Part shown: positions 1-8,638 of the stretch, in pieces
Position numbering within the stretch: position 1 is the stretch's first letter
How the letters are laid out: each line of letters starts with the position of its first letter
Source of the DNA: an uncultured Selenomonadales bacterium
Lineage (GTDB): Bacteria; Bacillota; Negativicutes; Acidaminococcales; Acidaminococcaceae
Assembly: GCA_900314855.1 (NCBI GenBank)
Contig: OMWZ01000006.1
Location: 8,870-72,869 of the forward strand
Direction: 5' to 3'
Length of the DNA: 64,000 nucleotides
Program-made: the position numbers and the translations under genes
The notes under the pieces: model-generated
Database searches by the model: none
What the model was told of the DNA's origin: nothing
The model's input: only the letters and a program-made list of their open reading frames with translations

Positions 1-1
1 A

Positions 2-3000
2 ATCGTTGCCATCGGCCGGGACAAGGAAATCCTCTACACGGACTACGGCAGCAACCAGGGCGCGCCCCTGGATGTCGTCATCCGCGAAGTGCGCGGCCTC
101 TACCGGGCCATGCCGGAGGGAACCTATGTGGCAGGTGCCTTGTCCACGGGGTATGGCGAAAATATCGTCAAGGCGGCCCTCCACGCCGATGCCGGCGAAG
201 TGGAAACCTTCGCCCACTACCGCGCTGCCCGGGAGTTTTGTCCCGAGGTCACGTGTGTCCTGGACATCGGCGGCCAGGACATGAAATGCTTTCAGATCCA
301 TGACGGCAACATCGAAAAGATTACCCTGAACGAGGCCTGCTCCGCCGGCTGCGGTTCCTTTATCCAGAACTTTGCCCAGGGGCTCCACATGACGCCGGCG
401 GAATTCGCCGACAAGGCCATGGACTCCAAAACCCCCGTCGACCTGGGGACGCGCTGCACGGTCTTCATGAACTCCCGCGTCAAGCAGGCCCAAAAGGAAG
501 GCGCCGCCCTGGCGGACATTTCCGCCGGCATCGGCCTTTCGGTCATCAAGAACGCCCTGTTCAAAGTCATGCAGCTCAAGGACGTGAAGGAGCTGGGGGA
601 CCATATTGTCGTCCAGGGCGGCACGTTCTACAACAATGCCGTCCTGCGCAACATGGAAAAACTGCTCGGACGGAACGTCATCCGCCCGGATATCGCGGGG
701 CTCATGGGCGCCTACGGCGCCGCCATCCTGGCCCTGGAAAGCAGCGCGGAGCGGCCGGAACAGCGCTCCTCCCTGCTGCCCGACGAGGCACTGGCGAACT
801 TCCAGGTCACGTCCCGGTCCTACCGCTGCAACGGCTGCGGCAACCACTGCCTGGTCACCATGCAGACCTTCCCCGACGGAGGCCGTTTCTTTACGGGCAA
901 TCGCTGCGAGCGGGGCGAAGGCAAGCCGAAGAACACCCACAAGGCACCCAACATCTACGAGTACAAAAACGAGCGCCTCTTTGCCTACTACAAGCCCCTG
1001 GCCAAGGCGCCGCGGGGCCGTATCGGCATTCCCCGCGTCCTCAATATGTTCGAGGATTATCCGTTCTGGGCGACCTTCTTCACCAAACTGGGTTACGAAG
1101 TGGTCCTGTCGGACAAGTCGTCGCCGCAGATCTACTACAAAGGCATGGCGACCGTGCCGTCCGATTCCCTGTGCTACCCGGCCAAACTGGTCCACGGTCA
1201 CGTAATGAACCTCGTGGAAAAGGGTGTGCCGAAAATCTTCTATCCCTGCCTGCCCTATAACATGGAGGATGAGGCGAACCCTACGGGCAACCATTACAAT
1301 TGTCCCGTTGTGGCGACTTACGCCGAAAACATCCGCAACAACATGGATATCCTCCGTGAAAAGGACATCCAGTTCCTGGAACCCTTCCTGCCTATCGGCA
1401 ACAAGGAACGCATGCGGGAACGCCTGATCGAGACCTTCGCGTCGGAGCATATTCCCGACAGGGAGCTGACCGACGCCATGAACGCGGCCTACGCGGAGCT
1501 GGAGCGGTACCGCGAAGATGTACGGCACAAGGGGGAGGAAATTCTCGCCTACGCCAGGGAACACGGTCTGCAGGTCGTTCTTCTCGTCGGGCGTCCGTAT
1601 CACATCGATCCGGAAATCAACCACGGCATCTCCGAAATGATCCAATCCTACAACCTGTGCATTGTTTCGGAAGACTCGGTCTATCATATGCCGGTCCAGG
1701 ACGACCAGCTTTACATCGTCAACCAGTGGAGCTACCACGCCCGGCTGTACCATGCGGCGGAATTCGCCGCGGCCCATCCGGAGGTCAGCCTCATCCAGCT
1801 GTCGTCTTTCGGCTGCGGTCTGGACGCCATTACGACGAACCAGGTGCGGGAAATCATGGAAGCCCACGACCGGCTCTATACCATGATCAAGCTGGATGAA
1901 GTGTCGAACCTCGGGGCCGCCCGCATTCGCCTGCGCTCCCTCCTGGCGGTCCTGTCCCGCCGCAAGGTGACGGAATACAAGCCCCTGGTCCTGCCGGAAC
2001 GTCCCCATTTCACGCCGGAATGCAAAGAAACGCATACCATCCTGGCGCCGCAGATGGCGCCGATCCATTTCGAGCTGATTCAGCATGTCCTGAAACAGTA
2101 CGGCTATCATCTGGTCATTCCCCATACGGAAAAGGAAGACACGGTCAACAAGGGCCTGCAGTACGTGCACAACGACATGTGCTATCCGGCGATCATCGTC
2201 ATCGGGCAGATGTTGTCGGCCCTGAAGAGCGGCAAATACGATCCGGACCACACGAGCATCGTCCTCTTCCAGACCTGCGGCGAATGCCGGGCGACCAACT
2301 ATATGAGCCTCCTGCGCCGCGCTCTGAAGAATGCCGGGTTCCCGCAAGTCCCGGTCTTCGCGTGCTACGGCCTGGAAAAAGACGGATTTTCCATGCATCC
2401 CGATGGCTACATCCAGGTGGCTAAGGCCATCGTCTACGGCGACCTGCTGCAAAACGTGACGAACCGCATGCGGCCGTACGAGGTCGTGCCTGGCTCGACG
2501 GACCGGCTCTTCCGCAAATGGATGGACCGCTGCAAAGACGAATTGGAAAACGGCGGGTATTTCCAATACAAAAAGACGATCCGCGAACTGGTCCGCGAAT
2601 TCGACAACATTCCCCTCGTGCCGAACCTGTGGAAGCCGAAAGTCGGCGTCGTCGGCGAAATCCTGGCGGAATACAACCCCGTGGCCAACAATCGGGTCGA
2701 ACATGTCCTGGCCCGTGAAGGCGCGGAAGTGGTCATGCCGGAACTGGCGAATTTCATGATGTATATGGGCTTTGACGGCATTTCCAAACACGATCTCCTG
2801 GACGGGTCGTGGCTGAAAAAACTCGGTGGCAGGATGTTCATCAAGGTGGCCGATTTCTTCCTGGCCCCCATGCGCAAGGCGCTCGGGGAATCGAAGCACT
2901 TTACGGCTCCCATGTCCATCTACAAGGTGGCGGAACTGGCGGCGCGGCACGTGTCCCTGGGCAACATCGCCGGCGAAGGCTGGCTCCTGCCCGGTGAAAT

Positions 3001-3286
3001 GGCGAAGCTGATGGAAGAGGGGGTGCGCAACATCGTCTGCCTGCAGCCCTGGGCCTGCCTGCCGAACCACATCATGGGCAAAGGCGTCTTCCGGGAGATG
3101 CGCCGGTCCTACGAGGACGCCAATCTTGTCGCCATGGACTGCGATGCCGGCGCGTCGGAAGTCAACCAGCTGAACCGGTTGAAGCTTATGCTGTCCGTGG
3201 CCAAGGAAAAATGCCCGGCCGACATGGTCCTGGGCGAAGGCATCGACACGGACAAGCTGAAGGAAGCGGCGGCCCAAGAAGCCTGA
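2..3286 (+). CDS. PlsA-like fused CoA-substrate activase (ASKHA ATPase) / 2-hydroxyacyl-CoA dehydratase-like (DUF2229) protein, 5' partial; probable plasmalogen synthase
   Basis: Frame open from position 2 (IVAIGRDKEILY...). Activase motifs STGYGE, ETFAH, DIGGQDMK and LNEACSAGCGSF, then CxxCxNxC, then reductase/dehydratase-like domains (SLCYPAK, SFGCGLD, DMCYPA, QPWACLPNH). Confidence 0.85.
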   Translation: MVAIGRDKEILYTDYGSNQGAPLDVVIREVRGLYRAMPEGTYVAGALSTGYGENIVKAALHADAGEVETFAHYRAAREFCPEVTCVLDIGGQDMKCFQIHDGNIEKITLNEACSAGCGSFIQNFAQGLHMTPAEFADKAMDSKTPVDLGTRCTVFMNSRVKQAQKEGAALADISAGIGLSVIKNALFKVMQLKDVKELGDHIVVQGGTFYNNAVLRNMEKLLGRNVIRPDIAGLMGAYGAAILALESSAERPEQRSSLLPDEALANFQVTSRSYRCNGCGNHCLVTMQTFPDGGRFFTGNRCERGEGKPKNTHKAPNIYEYKNERLFAYYKPLAKAPRGRIGIPRVLNMFEDYPFWATFFTKLGYEVVLSDKSSPQIYYKGMATVPSDSLCYPAKLVHGHVMNLVEKGVPKIFYPCLPYNMEDEANPTGNHYNCPVVATYAENIRNNMDILREKDIQFLEPFLPIGNKERMRERLIETFASEHIPDRELTDAMNAAYAELERYREDVRHKGEEILAYAREHGLQVVLLVGRPYHIDPEINHGISEMIQSYNLCIVSEDSVYHMPVQDDQLYIVNQWSYHARLYHAAEFAAAHPEVSLIQLSSFGCGLDAITTNQVREIMEAHDRLYTMIKLDEVSNLGAARIRLRSLLAVLSRRKVTEYKPLVLPERPHFTPECKETHTILAPQMAPIHFELIQHVLKQYGYHLVIPHTEKEDTVNKGLQYVHNDMCYPAIIVIGQMLSALKSGKYDPDHTSIVLFQTCGECRATNYMSLLRRALKNAGFPQVPVFACYGLEKDGFSMHPDGYIQVAKAIVYGDLLQNVTNRMRPYEVVPGSTDRLFRKWMDRCKDELENGGYFQYKKTIRELVREFDNIPLVPNLWKPKVGVVGEILAEYNPVANNRVEHVLAREGAEVVMPELANFMMYMGFDGISKHDLLDGSWLKKLGGRMFIKVADFFLAPMRKALGESKHFTAPMSIYKVAELAARHVSLGNIAGEGWLLPGEMAKLMEEGVRNIVCLQPWACLPNHIMGKGVFREMRRSYEDANLVAMDCDAGASEVNQLNRLKLMLSVAKEKCPADMVLGEGIDTDKLKEAAAQEA

Positions 3287-3299
3287 TCTGTTGGAAAGC

Positions 3300-3335
3300 G
3301 GCGCATCCGCCCCCGGGGACGGATGCGCCTTCTTT
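3300..3335 (+). terminator. Intrinsic terminator after PlsA-like gene
   Basis: Stem GGCGCATCCG/CGGATGCGCC followed by TTCTTT. Confidence 0.6.
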
Positions 3336-3389
3336 GCTTCCCTCGTATTTTGATTTTGTACAGTTCCGGATTGTGCCGGGGAGGATGCC

Positions 3390-4388
3390 ATGCCATTTAC
3401 GATTTTGCGACAGGATATTACGAAATTGCCCGTGGACGCCATGGTGAACGCTGCCAATACGGGCCTTGCCATGGGCGGTGGCGTGTGCGGCGCCATTTTC
3501 CAGGCTGCCGGGGCGGAACAGATGCAGGAGGCGTGCCGCAAGGCGGCGCCGGTCCCGACGGGAAAAGCAGCCGTCACGCCGGGCTTTGCCCTGCCGGCCC
3601 GGTACGTGATCCACGCCGTCGGTCCCGTGTATCACGGCAACGAGGCTTCCCGGTGCGAAGCGTTGCTCCGTTCGGCCTACTGGTCGTCCCTGGAGCTGGC
3701 CGTCGAGTACCGGTGTGCCAGCGTCGCTTTCCCCCTGATTTCGAGCGGCATCTACGGCTACCCGAAGGAAGCGGCCCTGCGGGTGGCCGTGGAAACCATC
3801 CGGGAGTTTTTGCGGAACCACGACCTGGACATCTATCTGGCCGTTTTCGACAAGGAATCCTTTGTCGTCAGCCGGCAGATGCTGGGCGATGTGGAGGCCT
3901 ATCTGAGCGAGAACTACGTGGCGCGCGACACGTCGCCGCAGCGTTTCCTGAACCGCTTCGAAAGCCAGGTTACGAGCGTGCCGGACCTGGACAGCCGGGC
4001 CTGCGGCAGCGTGCCGGACAACCTGGAGGAGATCATCGGCAACCTGGACGAGCCCTTCAACGCGACGCTCCTGCGCCTCATCGACGCCCGGGGCAAGACT
4101 GACGTGGAAGTGTACAAGAAGGCGAACATCGACCGCAAGCTTTTTTCGAAGATCCGGACGGGGAAGGGCTACATGCCGGGCAAACGGACCGTGCTGGCCC
4201 TGGCCGTGGCCTTGGAACTGAGCCTGCCCGAGACGGACGCCCTGCTGGAGAAGGCCGGGTACGCTTTGTCCCACAGCATCAAGGCCGATGTGATCGTCGA
4301 GTATTTCATTCTCCGGAAGGAATACGACATCTACGCCATCAACGAAGTGCTGTTCCATTACGATCAGCCCTTGCTGGGCTCCAATTGA
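3390..4388 (+). CDS. Macro-domain (ADP-ribose binding/hydrolase) protein fused to C-terminal XRE-like HTH domain
   Basis: Macro motifs DITK..VNAAN..GGGVCGAIF, VIHAVGP and AFPLISSGIYGYP. C-terminal LLRLIDARGKTDVEVYKKANIDRKLFSKIR..LALAVALELS is HTH-like. SD GGAGG. Confidence 0.9.
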   Translation: MPFTILRQDITKLPVDAMVNAANTGLAMGGGVCGAIFQAAGAEQMQEACRKAAPVPTGKAAVTPGFALPARYVIHAVGPVYHGNEASRCEALLRSAYWSSLELAVEYRCASVAFPLISSGIYGYPKEAALRVAVETIREFLRNHDLDIYLAVFDKESFVVSRQMLGDVEAYLSENYVARDTSPQRFLNRFESQVTSVPDLDSRACGSVPDNLEEIIGNLDEPFNATLLRLIDARGKTDVEVYKKANIDRKLFSKIRTGKGYMPGKRTVLALAVALELSLPETDALLEKAGYALSHSIKADVIVEYFILRKEYDIYAINEVLFHYDQPLLGSN

Positions 4389-4427
4389 AAAGAGACGGAA
4401 ATCCGCTTGCCGGCGGCGTCGGCAAAT

Positions 4428-4444
4428 GTCGCCCCGCAAGCGAC
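4428..4444. promoter_or_regulatory. Palindromic candidate operator GTCGC-N7-GCGAC
   Basis: Perfect 5-bp inverted repeat in the macro-HTH/vWA intergenic region, 21 nt upstream of a TATCCT -10-like hexamer (4466-4471). Confidence 0.4.
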
Positions 4445-4497
4445 CACAAACAATCCCTCCCGGGTTATCCTTGAGATAACGAAGGAGGGATTCCCAT

Positions 4498-5190
4498 ATG
4501 GAAACACGGTATGAAAGCAAGAACGGAAACAAGAGGGAAAAATCCGCTTTGACGGAACTGGTCTTTATCCTCGACAAGAGCGGCTCCATGACAGGCTTGG
4601 AAAAGGATACCATCGGCGGTTTCAACAGCATGCTGGCCAAGCAAAAGAAGGCCGGCGGCGAATGCCGGGTCACGACGGTGCTCTTCGACGACACCTACGA
4701 GCTGCTGCACGACCGCATCGACTTGCAGGCGGTCCGCCCCATGATGGAACGGGACTACGAGACCGGCGGTTCGACGGCCCTGCTCGACGCCGTGGGCCGC
4801 ACAATCCACAAAATCGGCACGGTGCAGCGCCGTACGACCGAAGAATACCGGGCGGACCACGTGCTCTTCGTCATCATTACGGACGGCGAGGAAAATGCGA
4901 GCCGCGAGTATTCGGCGCAGAAAATCAAGGACATGATTGAACGGCAGAAAACAAAGTACGGCTGGGAGTTCGTCTTCCTGGGCGCGAACATCGATGCCGT
5001 GGAAACGGCGGAACGGTACGGTATTTCCGCGGACCGCGCGGCCGATTACGTGGCCGACAAGGTCGGGACGAAACTGAATTTCTGCGTCATGAGCGACGCC
5101 GTGCTGGAATTCCGCCGGAGCGGCAAATTCAGCGAAGCGGGACTGGACAGCATCCGCAAGGACCGGAAGAAGCGGGGCGGCAGGCGCTGA
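4498..5190 (+). CDS. Stand-alone von Willebrand factor A (vWA) domain protein
   Basis: MIDAS motif LVFILDKSGSM, plus TALLDAVG and VIITDGEENAS. SD AAGGAGG. Confidence 0.9.
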   Translation: METRYESKNGNKREKSALTELVFILDKSGSMTGLEKDTIGGFNSMLAKQKKAGGECRVTTVLFDDTYELLHDRIDLQAVRPMMERDYETGGSTALLDAVGRTIHKIGTVQRRTTEEYRADHVLFVIITDGEENASREYSAQKIKDMIERQKTKYGWEFVFLGANIDAVETAERYGISADRAADYVADKVGTKLNFCVMSDAVLEFRRSGKFSEAGLDSIRKDRKKRGGRR

Positions 5191-5212
5191 GTGGCAGGGC
5201 CTTGACAACAGA

Positions 5213-5250
5213 AAAGGGGAGGCAGGGCTTGCGCCTTGCCTCCCCTTTGT
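5213..5250 (+). terminator. Intrinsic terminator after vWA gene
   Basis: Stem AAAGGGGAGGCAGGGC-ttgc-GCCTTGCCTCCCCTTT. Confidence 0.7.
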
Positions 5251-5272
5251 CGTTGGCCGACGTGTTGGCGGG

Positions 5273-5312
5273 AAAACAAAAATCGGTGCCATCCGTCCGG
5301 ATCACACCGATT
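5273..5312 (-). terminator. Terminator after tRNA-Val
   Basis: Stem AATCGGTG/CACCGATT with a T-rich tail on the minus strand. Confidence 0.55.
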
Positions 5313-5323
5313 GTCTTCTAAAT

Positions 5324-5400
5324 TGGTGGAACTAACTGGGCTCGAACCAGTGACCCCTACCATGTCAAGGTAGTACTCTAACCAACTGAGCTATAGTTCC
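5324..5400 (-). tRNA. tRNA-Val(GAC)
   Basis: Reverse complement reads GGAACTATAGCTCAGTTGG..CTACC-TTGACAT-GGTAG..GGTTCGAGCC..TTCCACCA: 77-nt cloverleaf with encoded CCA. Confidence 0.97.
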
Positions 5401-5412
5401 AACAGCTCCTTT

Positions 5413-5441
5413 AGTTTACCGGAAAAGGGCCGGCTTGTCAA
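5413..5441 (-). promoter_or_regulatory. sigma-A promoter of tRNA-Val
   Basis: TTGACA-N17-TAAACT on the minus strand, overlapping the end of the ROK gene. Confidence 0.7.
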
Positions 5442-6363
5442 GGGTGCCTTCGCAAAAATCATTTCTTTTTCCTTCCATCCGGTCTAGCAGGTTCCGCAAG
5501 GCTCCGGCCATGCCGGCGTCGTTGCCAAGACGGGCGAAGTCGAGGCGGGTCCGAGGCTCCAGGTAGGGCGGGAAAATCCGTTTCTTTTCCGCTTCCAGGA
5601 GGGGCCGCAGGTAGTCGTGCTGGCCCATGATGCCGCCTCCCAGGAGAACAAGTTCCGGATTGACGACGCAGCAAATGTTTTCAATGGCCACGACGAGCCG
5701 GTGGACCAGGGTGCCGATCGCTTCGGCGGCGACTGTATCGCCGGCCTGGGCGAGGGCGAATACGTCCCGGCCCGTCAGGGAGCCGGCGGGCATGCCTTTT
5801 TGTTCCGTCACGGTCCGCAAGAGCCACGGGACGGCGGCCGACGATTCCAGGTCCGCACCGGATCCGTGGAGCCGCATATAGCCGACCTCGCCGGCACTGC
5901 CGCAACAGCCGTGGAGCAGTTTGCCGTCCAGGAGGACGCAGCCGCCGATGCCCGTGCCGACGGTCAGGCAGACCAGGGATGACGCCCCTTGCCCTGCGCC
6001 GAGCCAGTATTCGCCCAGACCAGCGGCGTTGACGTCGTTTTCCACGGCGCAGGGAATGCCGCAGGCGTCTTCCAGGTATTGCCGCAGCGGCGTGCCTTCG
6101 TAGCCGGGAAAGTTGCGCGCTTCCATGAGAATCGTGCCCCGTTCCGCGTCGACGACGCCGGCCGTGTCCACACCGACGCCGGCGATATCATAGCAGGCCT
6201 GGTAGTGCCGGATTTGCGCCGTTACCAGGTCCAGCAGGCGCGGAATGCCGGCGGCGGGAAGCCCCGTCCCGAAGACCCCTTTTTCCAGGAATCGTCCCTC
6301 CGCGTCGGCCACTCCGTGTTTGACGGCGGTTCCGCCGATATCGATTGCCACATAATAGGCCAT
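5416..6363 (-). CDS. ROK family sugar kinase
   Basis: Motifs AIDIGGT, ENDVNAAGLGE, TVGTGIGG and AGEVGY. No N-terminal HTH. Confidence 0.92.
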   Translation of the reverse strand: MAYYVAIDIGGTAVKHGVADAEGRFLEKGVFGTGLPAAGIPRLLDLVTAQIRHYQACYDIAGVGVDTAGVVDAERGTILMEARNFPGYEGTPLRQYLEDACGIPCAVENDVNAAGLGEYWLGAGQGASSLVCLTVGTGIGGCVLLDGKLLHGCCGSAGEVGYMRLHGSGADLESSAAVPWLLRTVTEQKGMPAGSLTGRDVFALAQAGDTVAAEAIGTLVHRLVVAIENICCVVNPELVLLGGGIMGQHDYLRPLLEAEKKRIFPPYLEPRTRLDFARLGNDAGMAGALRNLLDRMEGKRNDFCEGTLDKPALFR

Positions 6364-6485
6364 AATGGCGCTCCTTTCCCTTGCGAACTCTGTTCCTGCC
6401 TTTCTATCTTACCACATTTTCTTCGGTTCCTGTGGTATAATGTGCTTAGTTGACAGGGGGAGCCCCCTGCTTTCGAGGAGATTTT

Positions 6486-7184
6486 ATGAGCCTGACAATC
6501 GAAGCATTTCTCAAACATCTGCATATCTACCGGGCGCCGCTCGTGTTCAACCCCTGGCGGGACTACGCCCCGGGCCTGGACATCGGCCCCGAGGCGCCCC
6601 AAATCCGCGCGGCCAATCTGCAGCGCTACCTGGAACTGCGGCGCCGCGCCCACTATCTGTTCATCGCCGAAGGCCTGGGCTACCAGGGCGGTCATTTTTC
6701 CGGCATGGCCATGACGAGCGAACGGATTCTCCTGGGGCATCACCCCGAAGTCCGTCCGGAAGAAGTATTGGGAGAAGGATGGGAGTACCGGCGCACAAGC
6801 AACCCCGCGTCGCCCCTCCTGAAGGGGACACAGCGCGCCCTGGGGTTCAATGAGCCGACGGCCACGGTCATGTGGGGCTGCCTGCATCGGGAGCACCTGG
6901 GCATCTTCGACGCCGTCCTGTGGAATATTTTTCCCTTTCACCCTTATAAAAAGGAAGGGCTCCTGACAAACCGCACGCCCGACGGCAACGAACTCAACGT
7001 GGGCATCGTCTACGCCAAACAGCTCCTGGAACTGCTGCCGGACGCGCAAGTCGTGGCCATCGGCCAGAAGGCGGCCCAGACCCTGGAAAAATACCGGATT
7101 CCCTGTGACTGCGTGCCCCATCCTTCCATGGGCGGGGCCAATAAATTCAAAGCGGCCGTGGCGGAGCTGTTCCGCCGGGGCTGA
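6486..7184 (+). CDS. Uracil-DNA glycosylase superfamily protein
   Basis: Motifs FNPW, AEGLGYQGGHFSG..TSER, WNIFPFHP and HPS.GGA. SD GAGGAG. Confidence 0.85.
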   Translation: MSLTIEAFLKHLHIYRAPLVFNPWRDYAPGLDIGPEAPQIRAANLQRYLELRRRAHYLFIAEGLGYQGGHFSGMAMTSERILLGHHPEVRPEEVLGEGWEYRRTSNPASPLLKGTQRALGFNEPTATVMWGCLHREHLGIFDAVLWNIFPFHPYKKEGLLTNRTPDGNELNVGIVYAKQLLELLPDAQVVAIGQKAAQTLEKYRIPCDCVPHPSMGGANKFKAAVAELFRRG

Positions 7185-7214
7185 CAGGACCTCTGCGGGA
7201 AAGGAGAAAGCGGG

Positions 7215-8006
7215 ATGGGCGAGCCGAACACGTGCGCCAACGGGATGACGAAGAGCCAGGTCATGGACATTGCCATGGATATGGGCCGGATCCTGCTCAA
7301 GAGCGGCGCCGAGACGAGCCGCGTGGAAGATACGATGATGCGTTTTTGCCGCAGTCATGGATACTACGACCTGAACGTGTTCTGCACGCCGACGGTCATC
7401 ATCCTGGGCGACGAAAGCGCCCACGGCAAAAGCCGCGTCTTCCGCGTGCGGTGGCGGGCCGTCGACTTGGGCCTCATTATGGACATCAACAACCTGTCCT
7501 ACAATTTCAAACGGTGGGGCATGACCTATAAGATGGCCAAGGAATGGATGCGCGAACGAATCCGTCAGTCCCATCCCTACGGCAATCTCGGCGTGTGCCT
7601 GGCGTCGGGCGTGGGCAGCGCCGCTTTTACGATGCTGCTCGGCGGGAATGGGCACGATTTTGCGGCGTCGTTCCTTTGCGGGTTTGTCGCCATGGGCATC
7701 CTGAAGCTGTTGAATCGACTGCATCCCACGGCGTTTTGGGAAAATTTCATGGCAGGCCTCCTCATCGGGTTTGTCGCCTTGACGGCCTGTAAGATCGATC
7801 GGGCCTGCAGTCTGGAAAATATTATCGTCGGGGCCCTCATGCCGTTCCTGCCGGGCCTGCCCTTTACGAACGGCGTGCGGGATTACATCGGCGGGGACCT
7901 GTTGAGCGGGAACTCGCGCATTGCCGAGGCGATCCTCTTCGCCTTGTCCATTGCCGTGGGCCTGGCCTTTTCCATGAAAATCTGGATGTGGGGAGGGCTG
8001 CGCTGA
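7215..8006 (+). CDS. Threonine/serine exporter ThrE family protein (YjjP-like)
   Basis: GRILLKSGAETSRVEDT, PFLPG..TNGVRD..GDLLSG and several TM helices. Confidence 0.9.
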   Translation: MGEPNTCANGMTKSQVMDIAMDMGRILLKSGAETSRVEDTMMRFCRSHGYYDLNVFCTPTVIILGDESAHGKSRVFRVRWRAVDLGLIMDINNLSYNFKRWGMTYKMAKEWMRERIRQSHPYGNLGVCLASGVGSAAFTMLLGGNGHDFAASFLCGFVAMGILKLLNRLHPTAFWENFMAGLLIGFVALTACKIDRACSLENIIVGALMPFLPGLPFTNGVRDYIGGDLLSGNSRIAEAILFALSIAVGLAFSMKIWMWGGLR

Positions 8007-8638
8007 TGGATTTCGCGAGTGGGAGCCTTTGGTCCCTTTGGGGACTGGCAAAATCTTTTGGATTCGCTTTCGTGGCCACGGTTTCCTTCGGCATCCTGTT
8101 CCAGTGTCCGAAGCGGATGCTCTGGCCCGGCGGTGTCATCGGCGGCATCGGCTGGGTTCTCTTCACGGGCCTGCGGAGCCTGGCGGTCCATTCTTTCTCC
8201 GCCAATTTTATCGCCACGATCTGTATCGCCCTGTTGAGTGAACTGGCGGCCCGCAGGTTCCGGGAACCTGTCACGGTCTTCAATATTCCCGCCGTCATCC
8301 CCCTGGTGCCGGGGCTGGGTCTTTACCGCGGTATGTACTTTATCTTGGAAAATGCCGGCAGTTACGGCACGGAAGTCCTTTTGAGCGCGGTCCTCGATGC
8401 CTGTGCCATTGCCCTCGGCATCATGATGGTCGCCGGCGTGTTCCGCGCCGTCAAGACGAGCCGCGATTGGGCGCGGTACAAAACCAAGGATACCCTGGGG
8501 ACGTCCATCAGTCCCGCCTTGTATGTCTTGTCTGCGGAGGAGGAAGAGGAACGCAATGCCGCCTCTGAGCAGGAAGAACAAAAAAGCCGCTGCCGCGAAC
8601 GGGAACAGCAGGCGAAGAAAGGAAAAAAACGTTTGTGA
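8006..8638 (+). CDS. ThrE_2 family exporter subunit (YjjB-like)
   Basis: FGILFQCP and PAVIPLVPG. Starts at a TGATG overlap and has a charged C-terminal tail. Confidence 0.85.
   Translation: MDFASGSLWSLWGLAKSFGFAFVATVSFGILFQCPKRMLWPGGVIGGIGWVLFTGLRSLAVHSFSANFIATICIALLSELAARRFREPVTVFNIPAVIPLVPGLGLYRGMYFILENAGSYGTEVLLSAVLDACAIALGIMMVAGVFRAVKTSRDWARYKTKDTLGTSISPALYVLSAEEEEERNAASEQEEQKSRCREREQQAKKGKKRL

Noticed and set aside
3287-5324. Macro-HTH/vWA pair as an element integrated at tRNA-Val
   Set aside because: No integrase, no duplicated tRNA 3' end near 3290-3390, and host-like composition.
6222-8051. 609-aa minus-strand ORF, and similar long ORFs at 3186-4694, 17412-19007 and 49071-50756
   Set aside because: Each overlaps well-supported genes on the opposite strand and shows no motifs.
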